In this document: one piece after another, positions 1-9,490 of the stretch
Layout: each line of letters begins with the position of its first letter
Numbering within the stretch: the first letter of the stretch is position 1
Notes under the pieces: generated by a model
Databases searched by the model: none
The model's input: the letters and a program-made list of their open reading frames with translations, nothing else
What the model was told of the DNA's origin: nothing
Translations under genes and position numbers: made by a program
Origin: a virus
Taxonomy: Duplodnaviria > Caudoviricetes
Reading direction: 5' to 3' (one strand)
DNA length: 64,000 nt
Virus record (IMG/VR): IMGVR_UViG_2974533383_000001
Span: 3,593-67,592 of that record

Positions 1-54
1 TCGCGCTGGAGAGTGGTCGGGTCGGGACGCAGTTGCCGCTCATGAGGCAGGGAA

Positions 55-279
55 GTGGCTATGCTTGTAAACACTTATGCAGAGGCGGTCCGCCATACTG
101 CACCAGGCTTGGGGGATACGGGTGCCATGTCGTCCACAAATGGGGTGTTCCCCGGCGATAACGTCGTGCGATCCCGTTACAGCCTCCACCCGCATCATGC
201 GGAAGGCCTTCTCCGGGGACTCGCTCACGCCGGTACTCGCCGGGGAACTGGCCACCTCGCGTTGCCGCCGTCCTCCTGA
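55..279 (+). CDS. possible small hypothetical protein
   Basis: 74-aa ORF with a weak purine-rich upstream sequence; no recognisable motif; could be spurious. Confidence 0.25.
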   Translation: MAMLVNTYAEAVRHTAPGLGDTGAMSSTNGVFPGDNVVRSRYSLHPHHAEGLLRGLAHAGTRRGTGHLALPPSS

Positions 280-380
280 TCCTGGCCGTTCATTCCAGGT
301 TGAACAGTGTGATCTGCACGGCAACTCATTAACAGAGTCTCAAAACGTTTACGCAAATACAAGGGAAGGGAATACCCGAA

Positions 381-755
381 ATGTCAACCGAGGTACCTGT
401 TTTTCCGAGGGATGGACTACTTGGCCCCATCGAGGTGGAGTCCGTACCCAAGGTGGTGTCGGCCATGGCGCTGACCGAGGAGACTGCCGACCAGGTCATC
501 GCCTGGATCGAGGGAGTCCGGGGGTTGGGGGCTGCCTGCCGCAATAGCCACAACGTCGGCGGTAACTGGGTGGAGCAGGGCATCTATGTCCCAGCCATGC
601 CGCCGCTGAAAGAGGGCCAGGAGCACACGCCGTACAGCTCAGGCATCGTGCCGGCTGCCTTCGGCCAGTGGATCATCCGCGGGATCGAGGACGAGTTCTA
701 CCCCTGCGATGTCGAAGTGTTCGCCAAGAGCTACCGCGGAAGGTCCGGTTCCTAG
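381..755 (+). CDS. conserved phage hypothetical protein
   Basis: C-terminal GQWIIRGIEDEFYPCDVEVFAKSY resembles the widespread phage motif GDWIIKG..GEFYPC.PDIF..TY; follows an AT-rich intergenic gap. Confidence 0.75.
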   Translation: MSTEVPVFPRDGLLGPIEVESVPKVVSAMALTEETADQVIAWIEGVRGLGAACRNSHNVGGNWVEQGIYVPAMPPLKEGQEHTPYSSGIVPAAFGQWIIRGIEDEFYPCDVEVFAKSYRGRSGS

Positions 756-913
756 TGGGCCGCACGCCGCTGGGGGCGGCAACCAAGGACCAGGTCGCGG
801 GAACCCGCGTCACCGCCATCGAGAAGAAGGCCCTTGAGGCGAAGTTCGGCACCGCCTCCAAGGCGCTGCGGTACTTCATCGACAAGTTCCTTGAGGAGGA
901 GATGCAGAAGTGA
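755..913 (+). CDS. small ribbon-helix-helix-like DNA-binding protein (52 aa)
   Basis: GTG start overlaps the upstream TAG; MGRTPLG..QVAGTRVTAIEKKALEAKFG.ASKALRYFIDKFL shows a beta-strand then two-helix pattern. Confidence 0.55.
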   Translation: MGRTPLGAATKDQVAGTRVTAIEKKALEAKFGTASKALRYFIDKFLEEEMQK

Positions 914-1500
914 AGGCTGTCCGCTTTGCCAAATCCCTGACCCCCCTCCTCGTTCCCATTGATCAGGTCCAGCAGCACCCGGACAATCCGAACAACGGCG
1001 ACGACGACAATCTGCGCGAGTCCATCCAGATCAATGGCTTCGTCACCGCCATCACGGCTGACGCAAACACCGGCTACATCGTGGCTGGGAACACCCGCTA
1101 CCGCACCCTCCTGTCGCTGGGAGCTACTCAGATTCCCGTGATCTGGGAGGACCAGTGGGACTCGATGGGAGCCAAGCGCTACCTGGTGGGCGACAACGCC
1201 TCCTCCCGCCGGGCGGTCATGGATGACGGCCACCTGGCCCAGTTGCTCAACGAGCTGCGCGCGACGGAGCAGGGTCTTTTGGGATCCTCTGTCACCGACG
1301 CCGAGCACGACCGCCTCCTGCTCGATCTGGCCAATGCGGCGGGGGAAGTCCCTGACGTCTCCGGCTTCGGGGCCAACCAGCACGGCACCATGGGCATGTT
1401 CCAGATCGTGCTGGACTTCGAGGATGCCGAGTCAGAGCGCGATGCCGTCTTTGCCGAGCTGTCTGAGCGGTACGAGAACGCGCGGGTGGTGAACCTGTGA
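910..1500 (+). CDS. ParB/Srx-like nuclease domain protein
   Basis: VPIDQVQQHPDNPN...LRESIQINGF...IVAGNTRY..L..LG..IPV is the ParB N-terminal signature. Confidence 0.85.
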   Translation: MKAVRFAKSLTPLLVPIDQVQQHPDNPNNGDDDNLRESIQINGFVTAITADANTGYIVAGNTRYRTLLSLGATQIPVIWEDQWDSMGAKRYLVGDNASSRRAVMDDGHLAQLLNELRATEQGLLGSSVTDAEHDRLLLDLANAAGEVPDVSGFGANQHGTMGMFQIVLDFEDAESERDAVFAELSERYENARVVNL

Positions 1501-2027
1501 GCGAGCCCGTTCCCTTCACCGGCCCCACCGGCTTGGCCCGCGCCATCGAGGCGGGTGTCGATCCCAACGCCGACCTGGAGGAGGAGGACCGCGAGACGCG
1601 CATCGAAGCAGCGGTCAATCTCCGCCTCGCTGGAGCCTCCTACTCCGACATCGCCAAGACGCTGGACTATTCCTCCCCCTACCGGGCACGCACAGCGGTG
1701 GAGAAGGCGCTGGCCGCAGACATCGCCTCGCCGGAGGAGCGGGACATCGCCCGCCGCCTGGCCGACAAGCGCCTGAACAAGCTCCTCTCCTCGGTCATGT
1801 CCAAGGCACTGAACCCCAAGGACCCGCAGCACCTGGCCTACAACGCCCGGGCCATGGCTGTGATCGACCGGCAGATCAAGCTCTGGGGTCTGGATGCCCC
1901 CACGCAGGTCCAGATCAGCGCCACGGATCAGCAGATCATGGAGTTGGTGGAGGTGGTCCGCCCCTCGGCCGAGGCTGACAAGCTGCAGGTCGAAGCGGAA
2001 ATCCTCGAAGCTGACGAGCTGGACTGA
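1497..2027 (+). CDS. HTH DNA-binding protein, probable terminase small subunit
   Basis: AVNLRLAGASYSDIAKTLDYSS HTH; long helical body; lies upstream of TerL. Confidence 0.6.
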   Translation: MSEPVPFTGPTGLARAIEAGVDPNADLEEEDRETRIEAAVNLRLAGASYSDIAKTLDYSSPYRARTAVEKALAADIASPEERDIARRLADKRLNKLLSSVMSKALNPKDPQHLAYNARAMAVIDRQIKLWGLDAPTQVQISATDQQIMELVEVVRPSAEADKLQVEAEILEADELD

Positions 2028-2410
2028 TGGCGAACCCGAACGGCAACCTCGCCGGAGCCACCGACCCCTCCATCCCTGGCTGGCAGGATCGGATCAACGA
2101 GCGGGTGCGCGAGCAGCAGAAGAACACCCAGCGCAAGCGGGAGCGGACGCGAGGCATGAGCATCCCCTACGACCCCGAGCTGCACAAGCTCCTGATCGTT
2201 GCTGCCCAGCGCCGGGACATCTCGTTGGTGGGCTACTGCCGGCGGGCCATCATGGCGATGATCGCCCATGACCTCGACCTGCCCTTCAAAGACGTGGCCC
2301 AGCATGGGGCGCAGCCGGTTCCCTTCGGGAAATCCGGGGCGCACTTCAAGGAGCGGACCAACGACAACGGCATGAGCTTCGGGCGCTGGTCGATTACGGG
2401 GCTGAAATGA
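2027..2410 (+). CDS. hypothetical protein with RHH-like segment
   Basis: GMSIPYDPELHKLLIVAAQRRDISLVGYCRRAI fits an RHH/HicB-C-terminal-like pattern; translationally coupled to its neighbours. Confidence 0.5.
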   Translation: MANPNGNLAGATDPSIPGWQDRINERVREQQKNTQRKRERTRGMSIPYDPELHKLLIVAAQRRDISLVGYCRRAIMAMIAHDLDLPFKDVAQHGAQPVPFGKSGAHFKERTNDNGMSFGRWSITGLK

Positions 2411-2664
2411 CGGAATTTCAGGTATACAGCTTGGTATGGTCGATAGCCCTCTCGGTTATCGGCCTTGCCGGGCTGTATTTCGCCGGTAATAAGTCCCAAT
2501 TGGGGTGGGCAATTGGGCTAAGCGTCCAAGTTCTCTGGATTATCTTCGCAATTACTACCACCCAATGGGGATTTATCCTCTCTGCGCTCGGTTATGGACT
2601 GATGAACCTCCGCAATTGGCGGAAGTGGCGCGCAGATAAGCGCAAAAGCGAGCACGCGGCCTGA
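2407..2664 (+). CDS. small membrane protein, PnuC-like (nicotinamide riboside transporter-like)
   Basis: three hydrophobic segments; GWAIGLSVQVLWI..A...QWGF.....Y..MNLRNWRKW resembles short phage PnuC-like proteins; visibly more AT-rich codons than flanking genes. Confidence 0.55.
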   Translation: MTEFQVYSLVWSIALSVIGLAGLYFAGNKSQLGWAIGLSVQVLWIIFAITTTQWGFILSALGYGLMNLRNWRKWRADKRKSEHAA

Positions 2665-2676
2665 GATACTGTCTGC

Positions 2677-4443
2677 ATGCTTGCATCACAGACCGCCGTA
2701 GACCCCAACGCCTGGCAAAGTTGGGATAACAAGTCGAAGGAGCGCTACCTTGAAGCGCTAGAAGCCTCGGAAAAGACCAAGAAGGTCTGGTACTGCACCA
2801 AGGGGCGCTCCTGCGACGGGAAACCGCACGACCAGTACGACTACCCCCACGCCCGAGGTGACCAATGGCCACCGGAGGGCAAGGACTGGCTGGTCTGGCT
2901 GCTCAAGGGTGGCCGAGGCTCCGGCAAGACCCGCTCCGGGGCTGAGTGGATTCGCAACATGTCCAAGAAGCTGGAGCGCACCTCGATCATCGGCCCCTCC
3001 TGGTCGCACGTGCGCGACACTATGGTGGAAGGCGACTCCGGACTCCTGGCGGTCTTTGACGGCGCCAAACAGAAGGCCATCTGGGAGCCGTCCAAGCGAA
3101 AGCTGACCGTCCCCTGCGGCTGCCGCCTGACCAAGTACGGCAAGCCGCCCCACCGCAAGGGCCACTTCATCCAGGCCTTCACGGGCGAGGAACCCGAGCG
3201 CCTGCGTGGGCCCCAGCACGCCGCTGTCTGGCTGGACGAGCCCGCCCACTTCGCGCTGATCGAAGCTACCTGGGACAATATGATGTTCGGCCTGCGCCTG
3301 GGCAAGCGCCCGGTGGTTCTCTGTTCCACCACCCCCCTCCCCACCAAGTGGATGAAGAACCTGATCGCCGAGCCGGACACTGTCTCCGTGACGGTGTCCA
3401 CGTTTGCCAACAAGGACAACCTGGCCCCGACGTTCCGCAAGGTCATGTTCGCCAAGTACGAGGGAACCCGCCTTGGCCGGCAGGAACTCTACGGCGAGGT
3501 GCTGGAGGACATCGTCGGCGCACTGTGGACCTACTCGATGATCGAGCCGCACCGCGTCGAGCGCATCATCGAGGGCGAAGGCGACGAGGCCACGGGCCGA
3601 CCAGCGCTCACTCACGAGGACATGGACCGGGTAGTGGTGGCCATCGACCCCGCCGGTAGCTCTGACCGCAAGCGCGACGAAACCGGCATCGTGGTGGTCG
3701 GCAAGCGTGGGGATCAGTACTACGTGCTCGACGACCTCTCCGGCCACTACACCCCGGACGGCTGGGGCAAGGCCGCCTGGGCCGCGTTCGACAAGTATGA
3801 GGCCGACAAGGTGGTGGCGGAAAAGAACTACGGCGGCGAGATGGTCAAGCACACCCTCCATAGCGTCCGCGCTGGTGGACCTGTCGAGCTGGTCCACTCC
3901 CGCCGAGGCAAGGTGCTGCGCGCCGAGCCCATCGTCGCCCTGTACGAGCAGGAGCGCGTCCACCACTTCGACCGCTTCGAGGACCTGGAAACCCAGATGA
4001 CCGAATGGGTGCCCGCCAAGGACAACTCCCCTGACCGCGTCGATGCGCTGGTCCACGGCCTGACCTCCCTCACGGATGCCGCTGGCCCAGCCTCCATCGC
4101 CCTGCCCAAGGGGTCGCTGCGCGGCGCTGCAGGGGATCGCTTCGGCAACTTCGACACCAGCTTCTACGGCGGCACGCAGCTCGGCTCCGGCTATGGCTAC
4201 CGGCCCCGCGAGGAGAAGGCTGTGGTGGAGGCTGCCGAGTCCATCGCCGAGACGGCGGCGCGGATCGCGGACGCCCTGGGATCGCCCGAGCTGTTCCTGC
4301 CCAAGCGCTTCGCGTGCAAGGACGGCGAGCACCCGGGGGTCTTTGAGTCCCACGCGCCGGGTCGGGAAGGCGTCATGGTGTGCTCTCGCTGCCTCCACGA
4401 TGTAGACGTAAACGAGGATGCATCGGCCATGGCAGACGCCTAA
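2677..4443 (+). CDS. terL: terminase large subunit
   Basis: Walker A GGRGSGKT, Walker B AVWLDEPAH, coupling motif STTP, nuclease motifs VAIDPA..DETGIVV and SPDRVDAL. Confidence 0.97.
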   Translation: MLASQTAVDPNAWQSWDNKSKERYLEALEASEKTKKVWYCTKGRSCDGKPHDQYDYPHARGDQWPPEGKDWLVWLLKGGRGSGKTRSGAEWIRNMSKKLERTSIIGPSWSHVRDTMVEGDSGLLAVFDGAKQKAIWEPSKRKLTVPCGCRLTKYGKPPHRKGHFIQAFTGEEPERLRGPQHAAVWLDEPAHFALIEATWDNMMFGLRLGKRPVVLCSTTPLPTKWMKNLIAEPDTVSVTVSTFANKDNLAPTFRKVMFAKYEGTRLGRQELYGEVLEDIVGALWTYSMIEPHRVERIIEGEGDEATGRPALTHEDMDRVVVAIDPAGSSDRKRDETGIVVVGKRGDQYYVLDDLSGHYTPDGWGKAAWAAFDKYEADKVVAEKNYGGEMVKHTLHSVRAGGPVELVHSRRGKVLRAEPIVALYEQERVHHFDRFEDLETQMTEWVPAKDNSPDRVDALVHGLTSLTDAAGPASIALPKGSLRGAAGDRFGNFDTSFYGGTQLGSGYGYRPREEKAVVEAAESIAETAARIADALGSPELFLPKRFACKDGEHPGVFESHAPGREGVMVCSRCLHDVDVNEDASAMADA

Positions 4444-4472
4444 TCCTGTTTACGCACGGTACTCTCATAGGC

Positions 4473-4784
4473 ATGGTGGAAATTGTTCTGTGGATCATTG
4501 CGTTTATCGTCGGCTCACTATCAGCGGGGCGGATCACACGCCTCCTGACGCAGGACAGTTTCCCGCCTATTGCCTGGCTCCGCATCAAATGGGACGACAA
4601 GACCGACGGTAGCTCTTGGAACATTTTGTTCCACTGCCACTGGTGCATGTCCATGTGGGTAACCATTCCCATCGGGCTGTGGGCCTGGCTCTCCAACCTC
4701 CACCCTTCCTGGTGGGTATTCAATGCCATCATGGCGGCGTCCTACGTTGCGCCCATGATTGTCGAGCGAGACGAGAAAGAGTAA
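4473..4784 (+). CDS. membrane protein, DUF1360-like
   Basis: GRITRLLTQD.FPP..WLR...LFHCHWCMSMWV pattern; start moved to ATG 4473. Confidence 0.65.
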   Translation: MVEIVLWIIAFIVGSLSAGRITRLLTQDSFPPIAWLRIKWDDKTDGSSWNILFHCHWCMSMWVTIPIGLWAWLSNLHPSWWVFNAIMAASYVAPMIVERDEKE

Positions 4785-4787
4785 GCA

Positions 4788-6668
4788 ATGGGACGCATGA
4801 AAACGCTGGAGATTGCTCCGGCACCCGTCTCGCTTGTAGCCTCCGCAGCACGTATCCGCGGGGGCTACTCGATGGGAACGACGCCGCGCAATACGACGCA
4901 AGATGCCTGGCACTCCGAGATGTGGACTCACTACCGGAACATCGGGGAGTTCCGCTACGCATGCGACTGGATCGGCGGCATGCTCTCCAAGGCCATCATC
5001 TACGGCACGGTGGAGACGGTCGATGGGATCGAGCGCGTCGAGGAAGGGAAGATTCCCGAGTACCTGACGGAGCTGTTCGGCAACGCTGACGGCCGCGCCG
5101 AGATGTTCCGGCTGATCGGCATCCACCTCTCGGTCACCGGTGAGTGCAACATCCTCGCCTACACCGACCCCGACCCCTTCGGAGACGGCGGCGACAAGTG
5201 GGAGATTGCCGCCTCCACCAAGGTGTCCCGGCCCATCGACGAGGAGGGCTTCTACACCATCAACGGAGTACTCCTGCCGGTGCCCGCCAACGAGGTGCTG
5301 TGCATCCGGCTGTGGAGGCCGGACCCCGAAGAACCGCACATGTCCTTCTCCCCGGGCCGCTCGGTCATCTCCACACTGCGCCAGCTGCACAAGCTGACCC
5401 AGTACATCGACGCGCAGATCGACTCGCGCCTGGCTGGTGCTGGCATTCTCCTCATGCCCGACAATATGACCCTGCCTCCGGCTCCGACCGAGGAGGGGGA
5501 GGAGCCGGTAGTCAAGGCTGCCAACTCCGCCGAGGAGCTGATGTCGATTCTCATGGAAGCCATGATGGCCTCCATCCAGAACCGGGACCACGCCTCCTCG
5601 ATGGTCCCCATCGTCGTCACGGCCAGCGCCGAAGCCATCGCCGCCGTCAAGCACATGACCTTCTGGTCCGAGCTGGACGAGCATGCCATCGAGCTGCGCA
5701 AGGAAGCCATCGGACGCCTGGGCCTGGGCATGGACGTACCGCCCGAGGTGCTGCAGGGCTCCTCAGACTCCAACCATTGGTCCGCCTGGCAGGCCGACGA
5801 GTCCGCGATCAAGGCCCACGCCGAGCCGCTGCTCAAGATCATCACCACCGCGCTGGGCAGCCACTACCTCCGCCCCCTCCTCAAGGACGATCCTGAGTTC
5901 ATGGGGATGCGCTTGTCGGCCTTCTCGGTGGCGGCGGATACCTCCGAGATGCGACTGCGTCCGAACCGCTCCAAGGAAGCGCTGGAGCTATACAACCTCG
6001 GCGAGCTCTCTGGAGCAGCACTCCGCCGCGAGACAGGCTTCGACGAGCGCGACAAGATGGGCGACGACGAGCTGGCCATCTGGCTTACCCGCAAGGTGGC
6101 CCAAGGCTCCACAACTCCGGAGATTGTGGAGGCGGCTCTCAAGGAGCTTGGCGTCCGGCTCACCATCATCCGGCCCGTCGAGGATGCTCCGCAGGAAACG
6201 GTCGAGGGTCGCCCGGCGCCGTCCATCAAGGACCATCCCACCAACGACATCCCCGACCAGGAGCGCTCCTCCGACCGCAAGCAGGCCCGTGACGCTGGAC
6301 GGGTGCCGTCTGCCGACATCGAGCGCAAGGCCTCTCTGCTGGCAGCCTCTGAGCAGGTTGTCATCCGGGCGCTGGAGCGGGCTGGGAACAAGCTCAAGAA
6401 CAAGATGGGCGGACTCAAGATCAACTGCGCCGCCTCCGACCTCTACCAGTACGCCACTGGCGATCCGGAGTTCCTGCTGGACGACGCCTGGGGCCACATC
6501 CCCATGATTGCCAAGCGTGCGCGGGTCAACCCTCAGCACCTGGAGATGCTGCTGACGGACTACACCACGCGGCTGCTGACCAGCCAGATTCCGCACACCT
6601 ATGAGGACTTCTGCCAGTACATGGGCTACGGCATGGTTCCTCTTGAAACTGAGGGGGCCGCAGCATGA
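4788..6668 (+). CDS. portal protein
   Basis: 626 aa directly after TerL; WTHYRNIGEFRYACDWIG, RLAGAGIL, NHWSAW motifs typical of actinophage portals. Confidence 0.9.
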   Translation: MGRMKTLEIAPAPVSLVASAARIRGGYSMGTTPRNTTQDAWHSEMWTHYRNIGEFRYACDWIGGMLSKAIIYGTVETVDGIERVEEGKIPEYLTELFGNADGRAEMFRLIGIHLSVTGECNILAYTDPDPFGDGGDKWEIAASTKVSRPIDEEGFYTINGVLLPVPANEVLCIRLWRPDPEEPHMSFSPGRSVISTLRQLHKLTQYIDAQIDSRLAGAGILLMPDNMTLPPAPTEEGEEPVVKAANSAEELMSILMEAMMASIQNRDHASSMVPIVVTASAEAIAAVKHMTFWSELDEHAIELRKEAIGRLGLGMDVPPEVLQGSSDSNHWSAWQADESAIKAHAEPLLKIITTALGSHYLRPLLKDDPEFMGMRLSAFSVAADTSEMRLRPNRSKEALELYNLGELSGAALRRETGFDERDKMGDDELAIWLTRKVAQGSTTPEIVEAALKELGVRLTIIRPVEDAPQETVEGRPAPSIKDHPTNDIPDQERSSDRKQARDAGRVPSADIERKASLLAASEQVVIRALERAGNKLKNKMGGLKINCAASDLYQYATGDPEFLLDDAWGHIPMIAKRARVNPQHLEMLLTDYTTRLLTSQIPHTYEDFCQYMGYGMVPLETEGAAA

Positions 6669-9166
6669 TCACCACGTTCAGCGCCAGCGCGGAGGAGTTC
6701 GCCGCCACCCGCCGGAAGGTCATCTCGGACATTGAGGCCTCCCTGCGCGGGGATGTGGCCGAGGCCCTGTCCCGGGTCGGACTGCCCAGCTGGCAGCGGC
6801 AGATCGTCGTGGCCGCGCTGGACATCTTCGACGTTACCGCCCGGGCGGAGGTGGACTCCTGGAATCAGGTAATCGACGACTTGCGCGATGCCTTCGAGAT
6901 GGAGCTGGAGACGACACTCAAGGCCACCAAGGAAGTACCCGTCGAGTCCCGCGAAAAGCAGGTCGAGGCCATCACCCGCTGGGTGTCCCAAATGTCCCAC
7001 AACGCGGCCATGGAAGCGGCCACCACCTCGGACACCAGTTCCGAGGTTGGACTGGAGTGGGTCTGCATGGAGGACTCGGACGTCCGCGCTCCGCACCGCG
7101 AGGCCCATGGCCAGACCGTTCCCACCGGGGAGGCCTTCGAAGTGGGGGGAGAAAAGCTGATGTACCCGGGCCAGCCAGTCGGGGACCCGGCCAACTGGAT
7201 GAACTGCCGCTGCGTGGCCCGCCCAACGATGCTGGCAGGATTCACCGGCAAGACCATCACGGCTGCCGCGACCGCTGGCCAAGGCAATGCTTCCGATCCC
7301 GGAGTGGCCGATGGGGAGACTCCGGATGCCGCCGTCGTGGTGCTCCTGCCGCGCGTGGAGGATCCCATTACGGCCATGGCCTCCGGCACCCATCCCCACT
7401 GCACCCTGCTCTATCTGGGGGATGGGGAGGTGGACCTGGGGCCCTTGAAGTCCATCGTCGAATCGGTCGCCGCCAGCTTCAACCCGCTCATGACGGACAA
7501 GGTCTCCGGCAGGGCCACCCTCGGCGCTGATGAAGCCGACGTGCTGCTTCTGGACGCCTCCGCCTCCGGCATTATCCGGGCCGCGCTGATGGCCGAGGAT
7601 GGCGTGCTGGAGCTTCTGGAAATGCAGGAGCAGTACCCCGCCTGGATTCCCCACCTGACCGTCGGGTACCCGGAGGCGGCTGCCGAGCACGTCGATCCTC
7701 CCCAGGATGTCACCTACGACACCCTTTCCATCTGGCGAGGGAACGAAATCTACGACTACCCACTAGGAGGGGCCGTGCCCGAGAAGAAGTCCCCAGGAGT
7801 CCAGGAGGTGAAGGATGGCTTTGCTGCCGCCCTCGATCCCGCTGCACCCATCAAGGATGCAGAACCCATTGAAGCCGAGGCTCCCGCTGACACCCCCGCA
7901 GAGCCCGCTCTCCGACCCTGGCACGGCGTCATCGCCCCCGAAGCTGCCCCGTCCGGAGACAAGCGCCAGTTCGCCGAGCGTGCTCTGTCGTCAAGGTCGC
8001 TGCCACTGCCCCTGAAAGCCATGTTTGTAGACGACGAGGGCCATAAGGGTTCCGTGGTGGTAGGCCGGATCGACAACGTCTACCGCAAGAACGGCCTGAT
8101 CCTGGCCGACGGCGTCTGGGACAACTCCCCCGAGGCTGACCGCGCCTTCGAGATGATCGAGCGCAAGATGTGGCGCGGTGTCTCCGTGGACCTCGATGCC
8201 ATCGACGTGGACCTGTCCAACATGGACGACGCCGAGGTTATGGAGTTCCTGGCCGGCCGAATCTCGTCCGCCACCGTCTGCGCCATCCCCGCCTTCGCCC
8301 AGGCGTTTGTGGCCAACGGCGGCTGGGAGAATTTCGACGAGGCCACCGCCCCCAACGCAGCCATGAACGAGATTCCGGACTGGCCGGCGCCATCCGCGCT
8401 GGTCGCCGCCGCCGTGCTGGCTCCGCGCAAGCTGAGCGTGGACTACTTCAAGAACCCCATGCTGGACGGCCCCACCCCGATGACACTGGGCGAGGATGGC
8501 CACATCTTCGGGCACCTGGCCGAATGGGGAGCCTGCCACATCGGCTTCGAGGTCTGCACCACCGCCCCGCCCAGCGCCACCGACTACGCCTACTTCCTCA
8601 CCGGCCAGGTCTTTACCGACGCCGGGCCTGTGGCGGTTGGCCAGATCACCTTGGGTAAGCCGGACACTGGTGGGCATGCTCCTGACGGGATCAGCATGCG
8701 TGCCACCATCGCCCACTACGACCGGACGGGAACCGCCGTCGCTGACATCACGGTGGGGGAGGATGACTTCGGCATCTGGTTCTCTGGCAAGCTGCGCAAC
8801 CGCGTCACCGAAGACCAGCTGCACGAGCTGTTCGCCGCCTCTCTCTCCGGAGACTGGCGCGAGGTCCGCTTCCGCGGCCAGTCCTCCATGGAGATGTGCG
8901 CTGCGCTGGCCGTGAATGTCCCCGGCTTCGGCATCCCCCGCACATCCTTCGCCATGGACGGGGAGCGCCAAGTCTCGCTGGTGGCGGCGGGTGTTCTGCA
9001 GCCCAAGAAGGACAAGGACGGCCTCGATCCCGAGTTCGCCCGGCAGATGGACCTCTACCTTGCCAGCAATGCCCGCAAGGAGGAGGCGGCGGCTCTGGCC
9101 AAGGAGCTGCGATCCCTCGAATATTCCACCATCCTCAACGATTTCTCACTACTGGAAGGAAAGTAA
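6665..9166 (+). CDS. MuF-like domain + 2H phosphoesterase domain + capsid maturation protease fusion
   Basis: MuF motif EWV..EDSDVR..H...HGQ..YPG.P...NCRC at about 7057-7212; two HxT motifs (HCTL at 7397, HLTV at 7652); protease-like C-terminal half (WHGVIAPE..PSGDKR, GVSVDLD). Confidence 0.8.
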   Translation: MITTFSASAEEFAATRRKVISDIEASLRGDVAEALSRVGLPSWQRQIVVAALDIFDVTARAEVDSWNQVIDDLRDAFEMELETTLKATKEVPVESREKQVEAITRWVSQMSHNAAMEAATTSDTSSEVGLEWVCMEDSDVRAPHREAHGQTVPTGEAFEVGGEKLMYPGQPVGDPANWMNCRCVARPTMLAGFTGKTITAAATAGQGNASDPGVADGETPDAAVVVLLPRVEDPITAMASGTHPHCTLLYLGDGEVDLGPLKSIVESVAASFNPLMTDKVSGRATLGADEADVLLLDASASGIIRAALMAEDGVLELLEMQEQYPAWIPHLTVGYPEAAAEHVDPPQDVTYDTLSIWRGNEIYDYPLGGAVPEKKSPGVQEVKDGFAAALDPAAPIKDAEPIEAEAPADTPAEPALRPWHGVIAPEAAPSGDKRQFAERALSSRSLPLPLKAMFVDDEGHKGSVVVGRIDNVYRKNGLILADGVWDNSPEADRAFEMIERKMWRGVSVDLDAIDVDLSNMDDAEVMEFLAGRISSATVCAIPAFAQAFVANGGWENFDEATAPNAAMNEIPDWPAPSALVAAAVLAPRKLSVDYFKNPMLDGPTPMTLGEDGHIFGHLAEWGACHIGFEVCTTAPPSATDYAYFLTGQVFTDAGPVAVGQITLGKPDTGGHAPDGISMRATIAHYDRTGTAVADITVGEDDFGIWFSGKLRNRVTEDQLHELFAASLSGDWREVRFRGQSSMEMCAALAVNVPGFGIPRTSFAMDGERQVSLVAAGVLQPKKDKDGLDPEFARQMDLYLASNARKEEAAALAKELRSLEYSTILNDFSLLEGK

Positions 9167-9168
9167 TC

Positions 9169-9318
9169 ATGGCTTGCGGAGCATGCAGCGCTAAGAACAA
9201 GAAGGACAGCTTCATCCACAAGGATGCAAATGGAAAGACGACCTCCCTCAGTACGGAGGTTGAGGCCAAGGCTGCGGTCGCTCGGAAGGGCGGATCGTAC
9301 AAGAAGGTCACCAAGTAA
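9169..9318 (+). CDS. small basic protein (MACGAC..., 49 aa)
   Basis: RBS GGAAGG upstream; MACGxC start is common in small head-region proteins of actinophages. Confidence 0.65.
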   Translation: MACGACSAKNKKDSFIHKDANGKTTSLSTEVEAKAAVARKGGSYKKVTK

Positions 9319-9490
9319 TCTGTTAACGCTTTAATATCCCGGACACGCCGCTCATTGTCATTGATAGTGGGCGGCGTTTCCGCGCTACTATGTCCTCAGT
9401 AGGACACTCTTCGAGCCGTAGGCCGTGTGTCAAACCATTTGTAATCCCTGTTTATGTCCACACGCCTACTTCTCAAAAGGAGAGACAGTC

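Noticed and set aside
19-30. GGGTCGGG half-site at the window start
   Set aside because: The right arm CCGACCC is absent.
2677-4443. Intein or intron in terL, suspected from its length and Cys-rich insert
   Set aside because: No intein N- or C-terminal motifs (C..., HN-C/S/T) or homing endonuclease motifs are present. The extra length is a short insert plus the C-terminal extension.
9355-9391. SigA promoter upstream of the capsid gene (TTGTCA or TTGATA with TACTAT)
   Set aside because: The spacing is 25 or 19 nt rather than about 17, so it is not called as a feature.
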